NCBI GenBank assembly: GCA_963783305.1
Contig: CAWAMW010000007.1
Span: 480,001-544,000 of the forward strand
Direction: 5' to 3'
Source of the DNA: an uncultured Gemmatimonadales bacterium
GTDB lineage: Bacteria > Gemmatimonadota > Gemmatimonadetes > Longimicrobiales > RSA9
DNA: 64,000 nt
Of this stretch, positions 55,088 through 64,000 are shown in pieces. The notes below the pieces were generated by a model. That model was not told the DNA's origin. It made no database searches and saw nothing but the letters and a program-made list of their open reading frames with translations. Every line of letters begins with the position of its first letter. Positions within the stretch are counted from its first letter, which is position 1. The position numbers were made by a program, and so were the translations under genes.

Positions 55088-56198
55088 ATGGCGGACATCG
55101 TGGAACGGCTGCAGACGCAGCGGAGAAGGATCGACTCACTCGGAGGTTATCTTTGACGTCGCCTCCAAGAGGGGCCGCGTAGAGGAGCTCGAGGGGAGGA
55201 TGACGGAGCCCGGTTTCTGGGATGACACCGACCGCGCCCGTGACATCACCCTCGAGGTGAACGACCTGAAGGGGTGGGTAGAGCCGTGGGCGGCGGCGAG
55301 CGCGCGCGCGGCCGAGCTGGTTGAGCTGGCCGAGCTGGTGGAGCTGGAAGATGAGCCGGATCCTGCGCTGCTCGAGGAGCTGGAGCAGGAGTCCGACCGG
55401 CTGGAGCGCGAGATTGAGAAGCTGGAGCTGAAGAACATGCTCCGCGGAAGCGATGATCACCGGGACGCTCTGGTCACGATCCATCCGGGGGCCGGCGGCA
55501 CGGAGTCGCAGGACTGGGCGGAAATGTTGATGCGAATGTACTCGCGCTGGGGCGAGGGTCACGAGTACGACGTGGATGTGCTGAACCTCATGCCCGGTGA
55601 CGAGGCGGGGATCAAGAGCGTTACGCTGGAGATCCGGGGTCGCTACGCGTACGGGTACCTGAAGGCGGAGAAGGGGGTGCACCGCCTGGTCCGGATCTCA
55701 CCGTTCGACTCGCAGAGCCGGCGGCACACGTCCTTCGCCAGTGTGTTCGTGTATCCGGTGGTGGACGACGAGATCGAGGTGGACATCGTGGACAAGGATC
55801 TGCGGGTCGACACTTTCCGAGCCTCGGGCGCGGGCGGTCAGCACGTGAACAAGACGAGCTCCGCGATCCGCATTACGCACGAACCGACGGGGATCGTGGT
55901 GGCGTGCCAGCAGGAGCGGAGTCAGCACCAGAACCGGGCCGTGGCCATGAAGATGCTGCGGGCGGCGCTGTACCAGAGGGAAGTGGACCAGCGGGAAGCG
56001 GAACGGCAGAAGGTGGAGTCGGAGAAGACGGAGATCGGGTGGGGGAACCAGATCCGGTCCTACGTGTTCCAGCCGTACACGCAGGTGACGGATCACCGGA
56101 CCGAGCTGAAGGTCGGCGATGTGCAGGCGGTGATGGACGGCGACCTCGATCCGCTGATCGAGGCGTATCTGAAGGAGTTCGGCGCAAAGGTGGCATGA
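55088..56198 (+). CDS. prfB: Peptide chain release factor 2 with programmed +1 frameshift
   Basis: ATG 55088 reads to GGAGGT-TAT-CTT-TGA-C (55142-55157); +1 frame has SPF and GGQ motifs. Confidence 0.97.
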
Positions 56199-57778
56199 GC
56201 AAGGGCGACGCGGGGGCCGCGGGGGAGCGGGATGAAACGGGCGGGCAGTCGGAGCTGAGCCAGGTGGAGCAGGACCGGCGCGACACCCTGGAGGAGCTGC
56301 GCCGTCGAGGCACGGAGCCGTACGCGTACCGCTACGAGGTCACGCACCGAGCGGCCGCCGCCATCGCGGAGCTCGAAACGGCAGAGGAAGCCGACACCCT
56401 GGGTGAGGACGGTACCGGTCCCCGGGCGCGCGTGGCCGGCCGGATCGTGTCGCTCCGGAGCCACGGGAAGGTGTCGTTCCTTGACCTGGAAGACCGGTCC
56501 GGTGGGATCCAGCTGTTCGTCCGCAAGAACGTGGTCGGGGACGCGGGATACGAGCTGTTGAAGCTCCTCCACGTGGGCGACTGGGTGGGCGCCGAGGGCG
56601 CCACGCTGCGGACGCGGATGGGGGAGCCGAGCATCCTGGCCGAGGAGATCCGGCTGCTCTCGAAGTCACTCCGCCCGCTGCCGTACGGCAAGGTGGAGGA
56701 GGACGAGGAGACGGGGGAGCGCGTGGTCCACGGCGGGTTCTCGGACAAGCAGCAGCGCTACCGGCAGCGATACACGGACCTGGCCGTCCACCCGGAGGTC
56801 CGGGCGCTTTTCGTCACGCGAGCGCGGATCGTGAGCGCGCTGCGGCAGTTCCTGGACGAACGCGACTACATCGAGGTAGAGACGCCGGTCCTCCAGCCCA
56901 TTTACGGGGGCGCGCTCGCGCGACCGTTCACGACCCACCACAACACGCTCGACATGCCGCTGTATCTCCGGATTGCGGACGAGCTGTACCTCAAGAGGCT
57001 GATCGTGGGCGGGCTCGAGCGGGTATACGAGATCGGGAAGGACTTCCGGAACGAGGGCATCGACCGGACCCATAATCCAGAATTCTCGATGCTCGAGTTC
57101 TACCAGGCGTTCGCCGACTACAACGACATGATGGAGCTGGTGGAGGCGATGGTCGCGTTCGCGGCCGAGCGCGCGGGTGGCTCCAGCGTGGTCCGGTTCG
57201 AGGGGCGTGAAATCGACCTCTCGCCGCCGTACCGCCGGATCACGTTCCTCAGCGCCCTCCGGGAGATCGGCGGCATCAACGCGGCGGAAGCGGAGGAGGC
57301 CGAGCTGCGCTCGGCGGCCGAGAGTGCGGGGGTGGAAGGTGTGGCGACAATGGGGCGCGGCAAGCTCCTGGACGCGCTCTTCAGCGCGCTGGTGGAGCCC
57401 GCCCTCGATCACCCGACGTTCGTCACCGACTACCCCCGCGAGCTCTCGCCCCTGGCCAAGCCCAAGCGAGGGGATGCGCGACTGACGGAGCGATTCGAGC
57501 TGATCGTCGCCGGCCGTGAGATCGCGAACGCCTTCAGCGAGCTGAACGACCCGTTCGACCAGCGGGACCGTTTCGAGGCCCAGGCGCGGCTGAAGGAGGC
57601 GGGGGACGAGGAGGCGCTCATGGTGGACGACGACTACCTCCGGGCGCTGGAGTACGGCATGCCGCCGACGGGTGGCGTCGGCATCGGGGTGGATCGGCTG
57701 GTGATGCTCCTCACGGACAGTCCATCGATACGGGACGTGATCCTGTTCCCGACGCTCCGTCCCGAGGAGAAGGCGTGA
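56195..57778 (+). CDS. lysS: Lysine--tRNA ligase (class II)
   Basis: YLRIADELYLKRL, FRNEGID.THNPEF and YGMPPTGGVGIGVDRL motifs. Confidence 0.97.
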   Translation: MSKGDAGAAGERDETGGQSELSQVEQDRRDTLEELRRRGTEPYAYRYEVTHRAAAAIAELETAEEADTLGEDGTGPRARVAGRIVSLRSHGKVSFLDLEDRSGGIQLFVRKNVVGDAGYELLKLLHVGDWVGAEGATLRTRMGEPSILAEEIRLLSKSLRPLPYGKVEEDEETGERVVHGGFSDKQQRYRQRYTDLAVHPEVRALFVTRARIVSALRQFLDERDYIEVETPVLQPIYGGALARPFTTHHNTLDMPLYLRIADELYLKRLIVGGLERVYEIGKDFRNEGIDRTHNPEFSMLEFYQAFADYNDMMELVEAMVAFAAERAGGSSVVRFEGREIDLSPPYRRITFLSALREIGGINAAEAEEAELRSAAESAGVEGVATMGRGKLLDALFSALVEPALDHPTFVTDYPRELSPLAKPKRGDARLTERFELIVAGREIANAFSELNDPFDQRDRFEAQARLKEAGDEEALMVDDDYLRALEYGMPPTGGVGIGVDRLVMLLTDSPSIRDVILFPTLRPEEKA

Positions 57779-59025
57779 AGCGACTGGACTGGTACATCGC
57801 CCGGCGGTACCTGGCGTCGCGGAGAAAAGGCACGTTCGTCTCCCTGATCACCGCCATCTCCGTCGGCGGCGTGTTCGTGGGCGTAGCGGCGCTCATCATC
57901 GTCATCGCGGTCATGACGGGGCTCCAGCAGGATCTCCAGGAGAAGATCGTGGGGATGAACCCCCACGTGTACGTCTTCCAGCAGACCGGGGGCGGGTTCC
58001 GGATGCCGGACTGGCGACCGGTGATCGAGATAGCGCGGAAGGCGCCCGGGGTCGTCGTGGTGGAGCCGTTCGTCATGACGCAGGTGGCGGTGAACCTGCC
58101 GGGGACCGAGTACGCCCAGCCGGGGACGGTGTTCGGGATCGACCCGAACGACGACGGCCCCGAGCTGATCGACCTCGAAGAGGACATCCGCTCCGGAGAG
58201 CTCGATTTCGGTCCCACGGCCACCGGCTATCCCCCGTTGCTGGTAGGACTGCGGCTGGCCGAGAAGCTGAACGTGTTCCCGGGGGACACGGTGCAGGTGG
58301 TGTCGCTCGAGAACTTCCAGACGGCCGGTACGGGCGACGTGATCCCGGTGATCCGGAAGTTCGAGGTCACGGACCGGTTCTCCACGGGGATGTACGAGTA
58401 CGACTCCAACTACATGTACGTCCCGCTCGCGGCGGCACAGGAGCTGTTGAGCCTGACGGACGCCGTGAGCGGAGTGGGTCTCAAGGTGAGCGACCCGTGG
58501 GAGGCGGCGGAGACATCGGTCTGGCTCCAGCGCGAGCTGGCGTTCCCCTACTACACGCAGGACTGGGTGCAGCTGAACTCGGCGCTATTCGGCGCGCTGA
58601 AGCTGGAGAAGCTCGCCATGGGGGTGATCCTCTTTCTCATCGTGCTGGTGGCGTCGTTCAACATCATCAGCACCCTCATCATGATGGTGGCCGACAAGAC
58701 GCGGGAGATCGGTATCCTGAAGTCCATGGGGATGAACGACCGGACGGTGCTGCGGATCTTCATGCAGCAGGGGCTGGCGATCGGGGTTGTGGGAACGGCG
58801 CTGGGCACGGCCGTGGGGCTCTTTCTCGTGTGGCTCCTGGACACCTACCGTTTCATCGAGCTGCCGGGGGATGTGTACTTCCTCGACACGCTCCCGGTGG
58901 CGCTGGAGCCCCTCGACCTGCTGCTGATCGTGGCGCTGAGCATCCTGGTGGCGTTCGTCGCCACGATCTACCCGGCGCGGCAGGCCTCCAAGCTCCTGCC
59001 GGTGGAAGCCATCCGACATGAGTGA
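57775..59025 (+). CDS. lolE: Lipoprotein-releasing ABC permease (LolC/E)
   Basis: IARRYL...FVSLIT, LFGALKLEK, FNIISTL and EIGILKSMG motifs. Confidence 0.92.
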   Translation: MKRLDWYIARRYLASRRKGTFVSLITAISVGGVFVGVAALIIVIAVMTGLQQDLQEKIVGMNPHVYVFQQTGGGFRMPDWRPVIEIARKAPGVVVVEPFVMTQVAVNLPGTEYAQPGTVFGIDPNDDGPELIDLEEDIRSGELDFGPTATGYPPLLVGLRLAEKLNVFPGDTVQVVSLENFQTAGTGDVIPVIRKFEVTDRFSTGMYEYDSNYMYVPLAAAQELLSLTDAVSGVGLKVSDPWEAAETSVWLQRELAFPYYTQDWVQLNSALFGALKLEKLAMGVILFLIVLVASFNIISTLIMMVADKTREIGILKSMGMNDRTVLRIFMQQGLAIGVVGTALGTAVGLFLVWLLDTYRFIELPGDVYFLDTLPVALEPLDLLLIVALSILVAFVATIYPARQASKLLPVEAIRHE

Positions 59026-59779
59026 TCATCTCGAGCAGCCCCCGCTGACGGCGGCTCCCTTTCCGACGACCGCTCGCAGGAGCGCGGTGCCGGACTCGAG
59101 GCCGCTCGCCGTGCGGGCGCGGGGTCTGACGAAGGTCTATCAGGGTGGCGGCGGCACCGAACTCAACGTGCTCGCCGGGGTAGATCTGGAAGTGGCCCGG
59201 GGCGAGGCGGTGGCGATCATTGGAGCGAGCGGGGCGGGGAAGTCGACGCTGCTCCACCTGCTGGGAGGGCTCGATCGACCGACGGCCGGCGAGGTGGAGG
59301 TAAACGGTCGCCGCCTGGACGCCATGGATGCGGCGGAGCTCGCAGGGTTCCGGAACAGCGCCATTGGCTTTGTCTTCCAGTTCCACCACCTCCTGCGCGA
59401 GTTCACCGCGGAGGAGAACGTTATGATGCCCCAGCTCATTGCGGGGTTGGAGCGGGAGCCGGCCCGAGAACGGGCGCGGGAGCTCCTGGGGGAGGTGGGG
59501 CTGTCGGAACGGGCGACGCACCGCTCGACGGAACTGAGCGGAGGGGAGCAGCAGCGTGTTGCGGTGGCCCGGGCGCTGGCGAACCGGCCCGCGGTCTTGC
59601 TGGCGGACGAGCCCAGCGGAAACCTGGACACGGCCACGAGCGACCGGCTGCACGACATGTTCTTCCGCCTCCGGGAGGAGCACGGGGTCGCGCTGGTCCT
59701 GGCCACGCACAACCGCGAGCTCGCCGATCGGACCGACCGCGTGCTGCGCGTACGAGAAGGAATGCTTGAACGCCTGTAG
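59018..59779 (+). CDS. lolD: Lipoprotein-releasing ABC ATPase
   Basis: GASGAGKSTLLH, GFVFQFHHLL, LSGGEQQRVA and DEPSGNLD motifs. Confidence 0.93.
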   Translation: MSDHLEQPPLTAAPFPTTARRSAVPDSRPLAVRARGLTKVYQGGGGTELNVLAGVDLEVARGEAVAIIGASGAGKSTLLHLLGGLDRPTAGEVEVNGRRLDAMDAAELAGFRNSAIGFVFQFHHLLREFTAEENVMMPQLIAGLEREPARERARELLGEVGLSERATHRSTELSGGEQQRVAVARALANRPAVLLADEPSGNLDTATSDRLHDMFFRLREEHGVALVLATHNRELADRTDRVLRVREGMLERL

Positions 59780-59790
59780 CCGAGTGATTT

Positions 59791-60288
59791 ATGCGCTGTG
59801 ACCAATGTGGTGAGAACGAGGCGGTGATCCACCTCACGCAGATCGTGGACAATCAGATGGGAACGTTCCACCTGTGCGAGATGTGCGCGGCCGAAAAGGG
59901 TCTGGAGCCGGAGCCGAAGATGGAGAATGTTCCGCTTACGGATTTCCTCGCACAGATGTCACAGGAGTCACCGCCGACACCCTCCGAGACGGGCGCGTGC
60001 GAGTTCTGCGGCCTCACCCTCCGCGACTTCAAGAAGAGCGGCCGTCTGGGCTGCCCGCACTGCTACGTCACGTTCGACGAACACCTGCGGGGGCTCTTCC
60101 GTCAGCTGCACGGCGCCACGCAGCATGTTGGCAAGGTCTACCTCCCGCCCGACCCGACAGAGGCGGAGCGGACCGAGCAGGTTACACGGCTCCGCCGGAA
60201 GCTCGATGGGGCCGTCCAGCGGGAGGAGTTCGAACGGGCCGCGCAGCTCAGGGACCAGATCCGCGAGCTGGAGGAGGCGGCGGGATGA
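59791..60288 (+). CDS. mcsA: McsA, activator of protein arginine kinase
   Basis: Four CxxC motifs, GRLGCPHCY, HVGK and a UVR domain EEFERAAQLRDQI. Confidence 0.93.
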   Translation: MRCDQCGENEAVIHLTQIVDNQMGTFHLCEMCAAEKGLEPEPKMENVPLTDFLAQMSQESPPTPSETGACEFCGLTLRDFKKSGRLGCPHCYVTFDEHLRGLFRQLHGATQHVGKVYLPPDPTEAERTEQVTRLRRKLDGAVQREEFERAAQLRDQIRELEEAAG

Positions 60289-61409
60289 TGGACTTCGGCG
60301 CGGCGGGGGACTTCGGGCTGTCCTGGCTCGAGGCGAGCGGCCCCCACTCGGACATCGTCCTTTCGACGCGGGTACGATTGGCGCGGAACCTCCAGGGGCA
60401 CGCCTTCGGCCGCCGGGTGGAGGACGAGGAGCGGATGCGGATCCTGGCGGCGGTGCAGACCGCCGCCGACAAGGGGGTTCTGCTGCGGGACGGCATGTCG
60501 GTGGACATCGCCTCGCTGCCCCCGCTCTCGCGGCAGGTGCTGCTCGAGCGGCACCTGGTGTCACGGGAGCTGATCGGGGCTTCCGGGCCGGGCCCGTACG
60601 CGGGCGCCGGTCTCATCATCGGACCGTCGCAGCAGGCGGGTCTGATGGTGAACGAGGAGGACCACATGCGGCTCCAGAGCCTCATGTCGGGGCTCCGTCT
60701 CCAGGACGCCTACCAGCAGGTGGACGCACTGGACGAGGAGCTGGGTGCGGAGCTGCCGATCGCATACCACCACGAGTTCGGCTACCTGACGAGCTGCCCC
60801 ACGAACGTGGGCACAGGGCTGAGGGCGTCGGTTCTGGTGCACCTGCCCGGGCTCGTTCTTACGAAGGAGATCGGAAAGGTGCTGCAGGGGATCGGGCAGG
60901 TGGGGCTGACGTTCCGGGGGTTGTACGGCGAGGGGTCGGAAGTGGTGGGCAACTTCTTCCAGATCTCGAACCAGACGACGCTCGGGAAGCCCGAGGACGA
61001 TCTGGTGGAGCACCTGCAGAAAATCGTGGAGCGCGTGATCCGGTACGAGCAGCACGCGAGGGGTGTGCTGATGCGGGAAGCACCGGCCGTCATGGAGGAC
61101 AAGATCTGGCGGGCCTACGGCCTTCTGCGTTATGCTCGCTCACTGTCGTTCGACGAGGTGATGAACCTCCTGAGCGGAGTGCGGCTGGGTGTCAGCATGA
61201 AACTGCTTTCGGGCGTGAGTGTATACACGCTGAACAAGATCATGATATATGCGCAGCCGGCTCACTTGGAGCAGGTCGCCGGGCGATCGCTCAAGGAACA
61301 GGAGAGCGATTTGCATCGCGCGGCCTATGTGCGGCGCACGCTGGCCGCGGAGACGAATGTGGTCGAGGGAAGCAATGCGCCAGGCGAGGACGGCTCAGAA
61401 GTTGAATAG
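60285..61409 (+). CDS. mcsB: Protein arginine kinase McsB
   Basis: STRVRLARN, MVNEEDH, GYLTSCPTNVGTGLRAS and QISNQTTLG motifs. Confidence 0.95.
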   Translation: MMDFGAAGDFGLSWLEASGPHSDIVLSTRVRLARNLQGHAFGRRVEDEERMRILAAVQTAADKGVLLRDGMSVDIASLPPLSRQVLLERHLVSRELIGASGPGPYAGAGLIIGPSQQAGLMVNEEDHMRLQSLMSGLRLQDAYQQVDALDEELGAELPIAYHHEFGYLTSCPTNVGTGLRASVLVHLPGLVLTKEIGKVLQGIGQVGLTFRGLYGEGSEVVGNFFQISNQTTLGKPEDDLVEHLQKIVERVIRYEQHARGVLMREAPAVMEDKIWRAYGLLRYARSLSFDEVMNLLSGVRLGVSMKLLSGVSVYTLNKIMIYAQPAHLEQVAGRSLKEQESDLHRAAYVRRTLAAETNVVEGSNAPGEDGSEVE

Positions 61410-61448
61410 ATTCGTCGTCACAACGACGACTCCCGCTACGAGGCACCG

Positions 61449-63947
61449 ATGAACTACAATTTCACTGACAGGGTGCGAAAGGTACTCGCGATGGCGCGGG
61501 AGGAGGCCATTCGCCTCCAGCACGATTACGTGGGGACGGAGCACATCCTGCTCGGTCTGATCCGGGAAGGCGAAGGGGTGGCCGCGGCCGTCCTGATGAA
61601 CCTGAACGTGGACCTGGAGCAGATCCACGAGCGGATCGAGGAGTCGGTCAAGAAGGGGAAGGCGACCATCGCGCTGGGCGAGCTGCCGTACACGTCCCGG
61701 GCCAAGAAGGTGCTCGAGTACGCCATGGCGGAGGCCCGGGAGTTGAACCACTCCTACGTGGGGACGGAGCATCTTCTGCTGGGACTCCTGCGCGAGGAGA
61801 AGGGCATTGCGGCGCAGGTCCTGAACTCCATGGGCCTCACGCTGGACGAGGCCCGCAGCGAGACACTCAAGCTGCTCGGCAGCGACGTGAACCCCACGCC
61901 GCCGTCCTCCTCGGCCGGCGGTCCCACGAGCAGCGCCAGCTCCGGCGGAGCCGGGTCCAAGGGCGAGAAGAAGTCGAAGACGCCCGCACTGGACCATTTC
62001 TGCCGCGATCTGACGGAACTGGCCCGCGAGGGCGAGCTGGATCCGACGATCGGCCGTGCCGCGGAGATCGAGCGGGTCATGGAGGTGCTGAGCCGCCGGA
62101 AGAAGAACAACCCGGTGCTCATCGGGGAAGCGGGCGTCGGGAAGACGGCGATCGTCGAGGGTCTGGCACAGCTGATCGCGAAGGGCGAAGTCCCCGACAG
62201 TCTGGCGGACCATCGCGTCCTGGCGCTGGACATGGCGGCGGTGATCGCCGGCACGAAGTACCGGGGCCAGTTCGAGGAGCGGCTGAAGGCGATCATGAAC
62301 GAGATCGCCCAGAACAAGCAGGTGATCCTGTTCATCGACGAGCTGCACACGCTGGTGGGCGCCGGCGCGGCGGAGGGGGCGATCGACGCCTCAAACATGC
62401 TGAAGCCGGCGCTGGCGCGCGGGGAGCTGCAGTGCGTGGGGGCCAGCACGCTGAACGAGTACCGGAAGTACATCGAGAAGGATGGCGCGCTGGAGCGCCG
62501 GTTCCAGACGGTGATCGTGGACCCGCCGACGGTGGAGCAGTCGGTGGAGATCCTGAAGGGGCTCCGCGTCCACTACGAGGATCATCACCGGGTGGAGATC
62601 CCCGATGAGACGCTGGGCGCGTCGGCCAAGCTGAGCGAGCGCTACATCACCGACCGGTTCCTGCCGGACAAGGCGATCGATGTGATCGACGAGGCGGGCG
62701 CGCGGGCTCGACTGGCGACGCAGGTTCCGCCGCCGGAGGTGGCCGAGCTGAAGGAGGAGCTGGAAGCGCTCGCGGAAAAGAAGGACGCGGCGATCCGGGA
62801 CCAGGACTTCGAGCGTGCGGCGGAGCTGCGCGACGAGGAACGCGAGCTCCAGTCGAAGATCCAGAAGGTGCAGGAGGACTGGCAGGAGGAGCGGAAGCAG
62901 CACCGTCCCGTGATCAGCGTGGAGGATGTCGCGTTCATCGTGAGCCGGTGGACGGGGATCCCGGTCACGCGCCTGAAGGAGGCGGAGACGGAGCGGCTGG
63001 TGAACATGGAGGAGGAGCTCCACAAGCGGGTGGTGGGCCAGGATGAGGCCATCGCGGCGATCAGCCGCGCGATCCGGCGCAGTCGGGCGGGCCTCAAGGA
63101 CCCGAACCGTCCCATCGGGAGCTTCATCTTCAGCGGTCCCACGGGGGTGGGGAAGACCGAGCTGGCGCGCGCGCTGGCCGAGTTCCTGTTCGCGGACCGT
63201 GATGCGCTGATCCGGGTGGACATGAGCGAGTATATGGAGAAGTTCTCCGTCTCGCGGCTGATCGGCGCGCCTCCGGGCTACGTGGGCTACGAGGACAGCG
63301 GCACGCTCACGAAGGCGGTGCGCCGGCGTCCGTACAGCGTGGTGCTGCTGGACGAAATCGAGAAGGCGCACCCGGACGTATTCAACATCCTCCTGCAGGT
63401 GCTCGACGACGGGCAGCTCACGGACAACTACGGTCGGGTCATCGACTTCAAGAACACCGTGCTCATCATGACGTCCAACCTGGGGGCGCGTGACATCAGC
63501 ACCGGAAAGGCGGCGCTGGGCTTCCACTCGCGGGACGCAGAGACGACGTACGAGCGGATGCAGAGCAAGGTCACGGAGGAGATCGAGCGGGCGTTCAACC
63601 CCGAGTTCCTGAACCGGGTGGACGACACCATCGTGTTCCATCCGCTGTCGAAGGAGCAGATCGCTCAGATCGTGCACTTCATGCTTCGGGATGTGCACGA
63701 CCGGCTGAAGGACGAGGAGCTCACGCTCAACCTGACGGACCGGGCGGTGGAGTTCCTGGTGGACAAGGGCTACGACGAGAAGTATGGTGCCCGGCCTCTG
63801 CGGCGTGCGATCCAGCGGTATCTGGAGGACCCGCTGTCGGAGAAGATCCTGGTGTCGCAGTTCTCGCCGGGCGACGAGATCGAAGTGGATGTGTCGGAGA
63901 CCGGGGACGTCCTGGAGTTCCGCGTCCCATCGTCAACAAAGACATGA
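61449..63947 (+). CDS. clpC: ATP-dependent Clp protease ATPase ClpC
   Basis: Two Clp-N repeats, GEAGVGKT and GPTGVGKT Walker A motifs, UVR middle domain, LGF ClpP loop. Confidence 0.96.
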   Translation: MNYNFTDRVRKVLAMAREEAIRLQHDYVGTEHILLGLIREGEGVAAAVLMNLNVDLEQIHERIEESVKKGKATIALGELPYTSRAKKVLEYAMAEARELNHSYVGTEHLLLGLLREEKGIAAQVLNSMGLTLDEARSETLKLLGSDVNPTPPSSSAGGPTSSASSGGAGSKGEKKSKTPALDHFCRDLTELAREGELDPTIGRAAEIERVMEVLSRRKKNNPVLIGEAGVGKTAIVEGLAQLIAKGEVPDSLADHRVLALDMAAVIAGTKYRGQFEERLKAIMNEIAQNKQVILFIDELHTLVGAGAAEGAIDASNMLKPALARGELQCVGASTLNEYRKYIEKDGALERRFQTVIVDPPTVEQSVEILKGLRVHYEDHHRVEIPDETLGASAKLSERYITDRFLPDKAIDVIDEAGARARLATQVPPPEVAELKEELEALAEKKDAAIRDQDFERAAELRDEERELQSKIQKVQEDWQEERKQHRPVISVEDVAFIVSRWTGIPVTRLKEAETERLVNMEEELHKRVVGQDEAIAAISRAIRRSRAGLKDPNRPIGSFIFSGPTGVGKTELARALAEFLFADRDALIRVDMSEYMEKFSVSRLIGAPPGYVGYEDSGTLTKAVRRRPYSVVLLDEIEKAHPDVFNILLQVLDDGQLTDNYGRVIDFKNTVLIMTSNLGARDISTGKAALGFHSRDAETTYERMQSKVTEEIERAFNPEFLNRVDDTIVFHPLSKEQIAQIVHFMLRDVHDRLKDEELTLNLTDRAVEFLVDKGYDEKYGARPLRRAIQRYLEDPLSEKILVSQFSPGDEIEVDVSETGDVLEFRVPSSTKT

Positions 63948-64000
63948 TACGAGCCACAACGAAGAAGTTCATGGAGGCGACCGCTCTTGCGGTCGCCTCC
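63944..64000 (+). CDS. 5' fragment of the next gene, signal-peptide-like (possibly bamA, by synteny only)
   Basis: ATGA overlap with the clpC stop; [19 protein letters not shown] runs off the window. Confidence 0.35.
   Translation, partial: MIRATTKKFMEATALAVAS

Overview
High-GC bacterial chromosome window. The gene repertoire and 16S sequence suggest Gemmatimonadota (Longimicrobiales-like); this is my reading, not a database result. Most of it is housekeeping and envelope DNA: recX, murI, lpxH-like, deoC plus a long ALDH, lptE, rph-rdgB, glgC-glgA, a TetR-controlled Lol-like exporter, era, rnr, frameshifted prfB, lysS, lolE/D and mcsA-mcsB-clpC. It also holds one complete 16S-23S-5S operon and five tRNAs, including tRNA-Sec. 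I found no CRISPR array, integrase or transposase. The best candidate for an undescribed system is at 21.4-24.5 kb. There, a membrane-anchored SARP/BTAD-TM-TPR regulator is transcribed divergently from a 54-aa Cys-loop lipopeptide ORF that the ORF track does not call separately. Between them lie 11-bp-spaced direct repeats just upstream of an extended -10 box, the same geometry as AfsR/afsS. Other leads are a zinc-ribbon/RomX-like fusion next to a GGDEF gene, a frameshifted LolB-like lipoprotein before lptE, several REP/MITE-like repeats, and an apparent C-to-G strand-skew switch across the rRNA operon.
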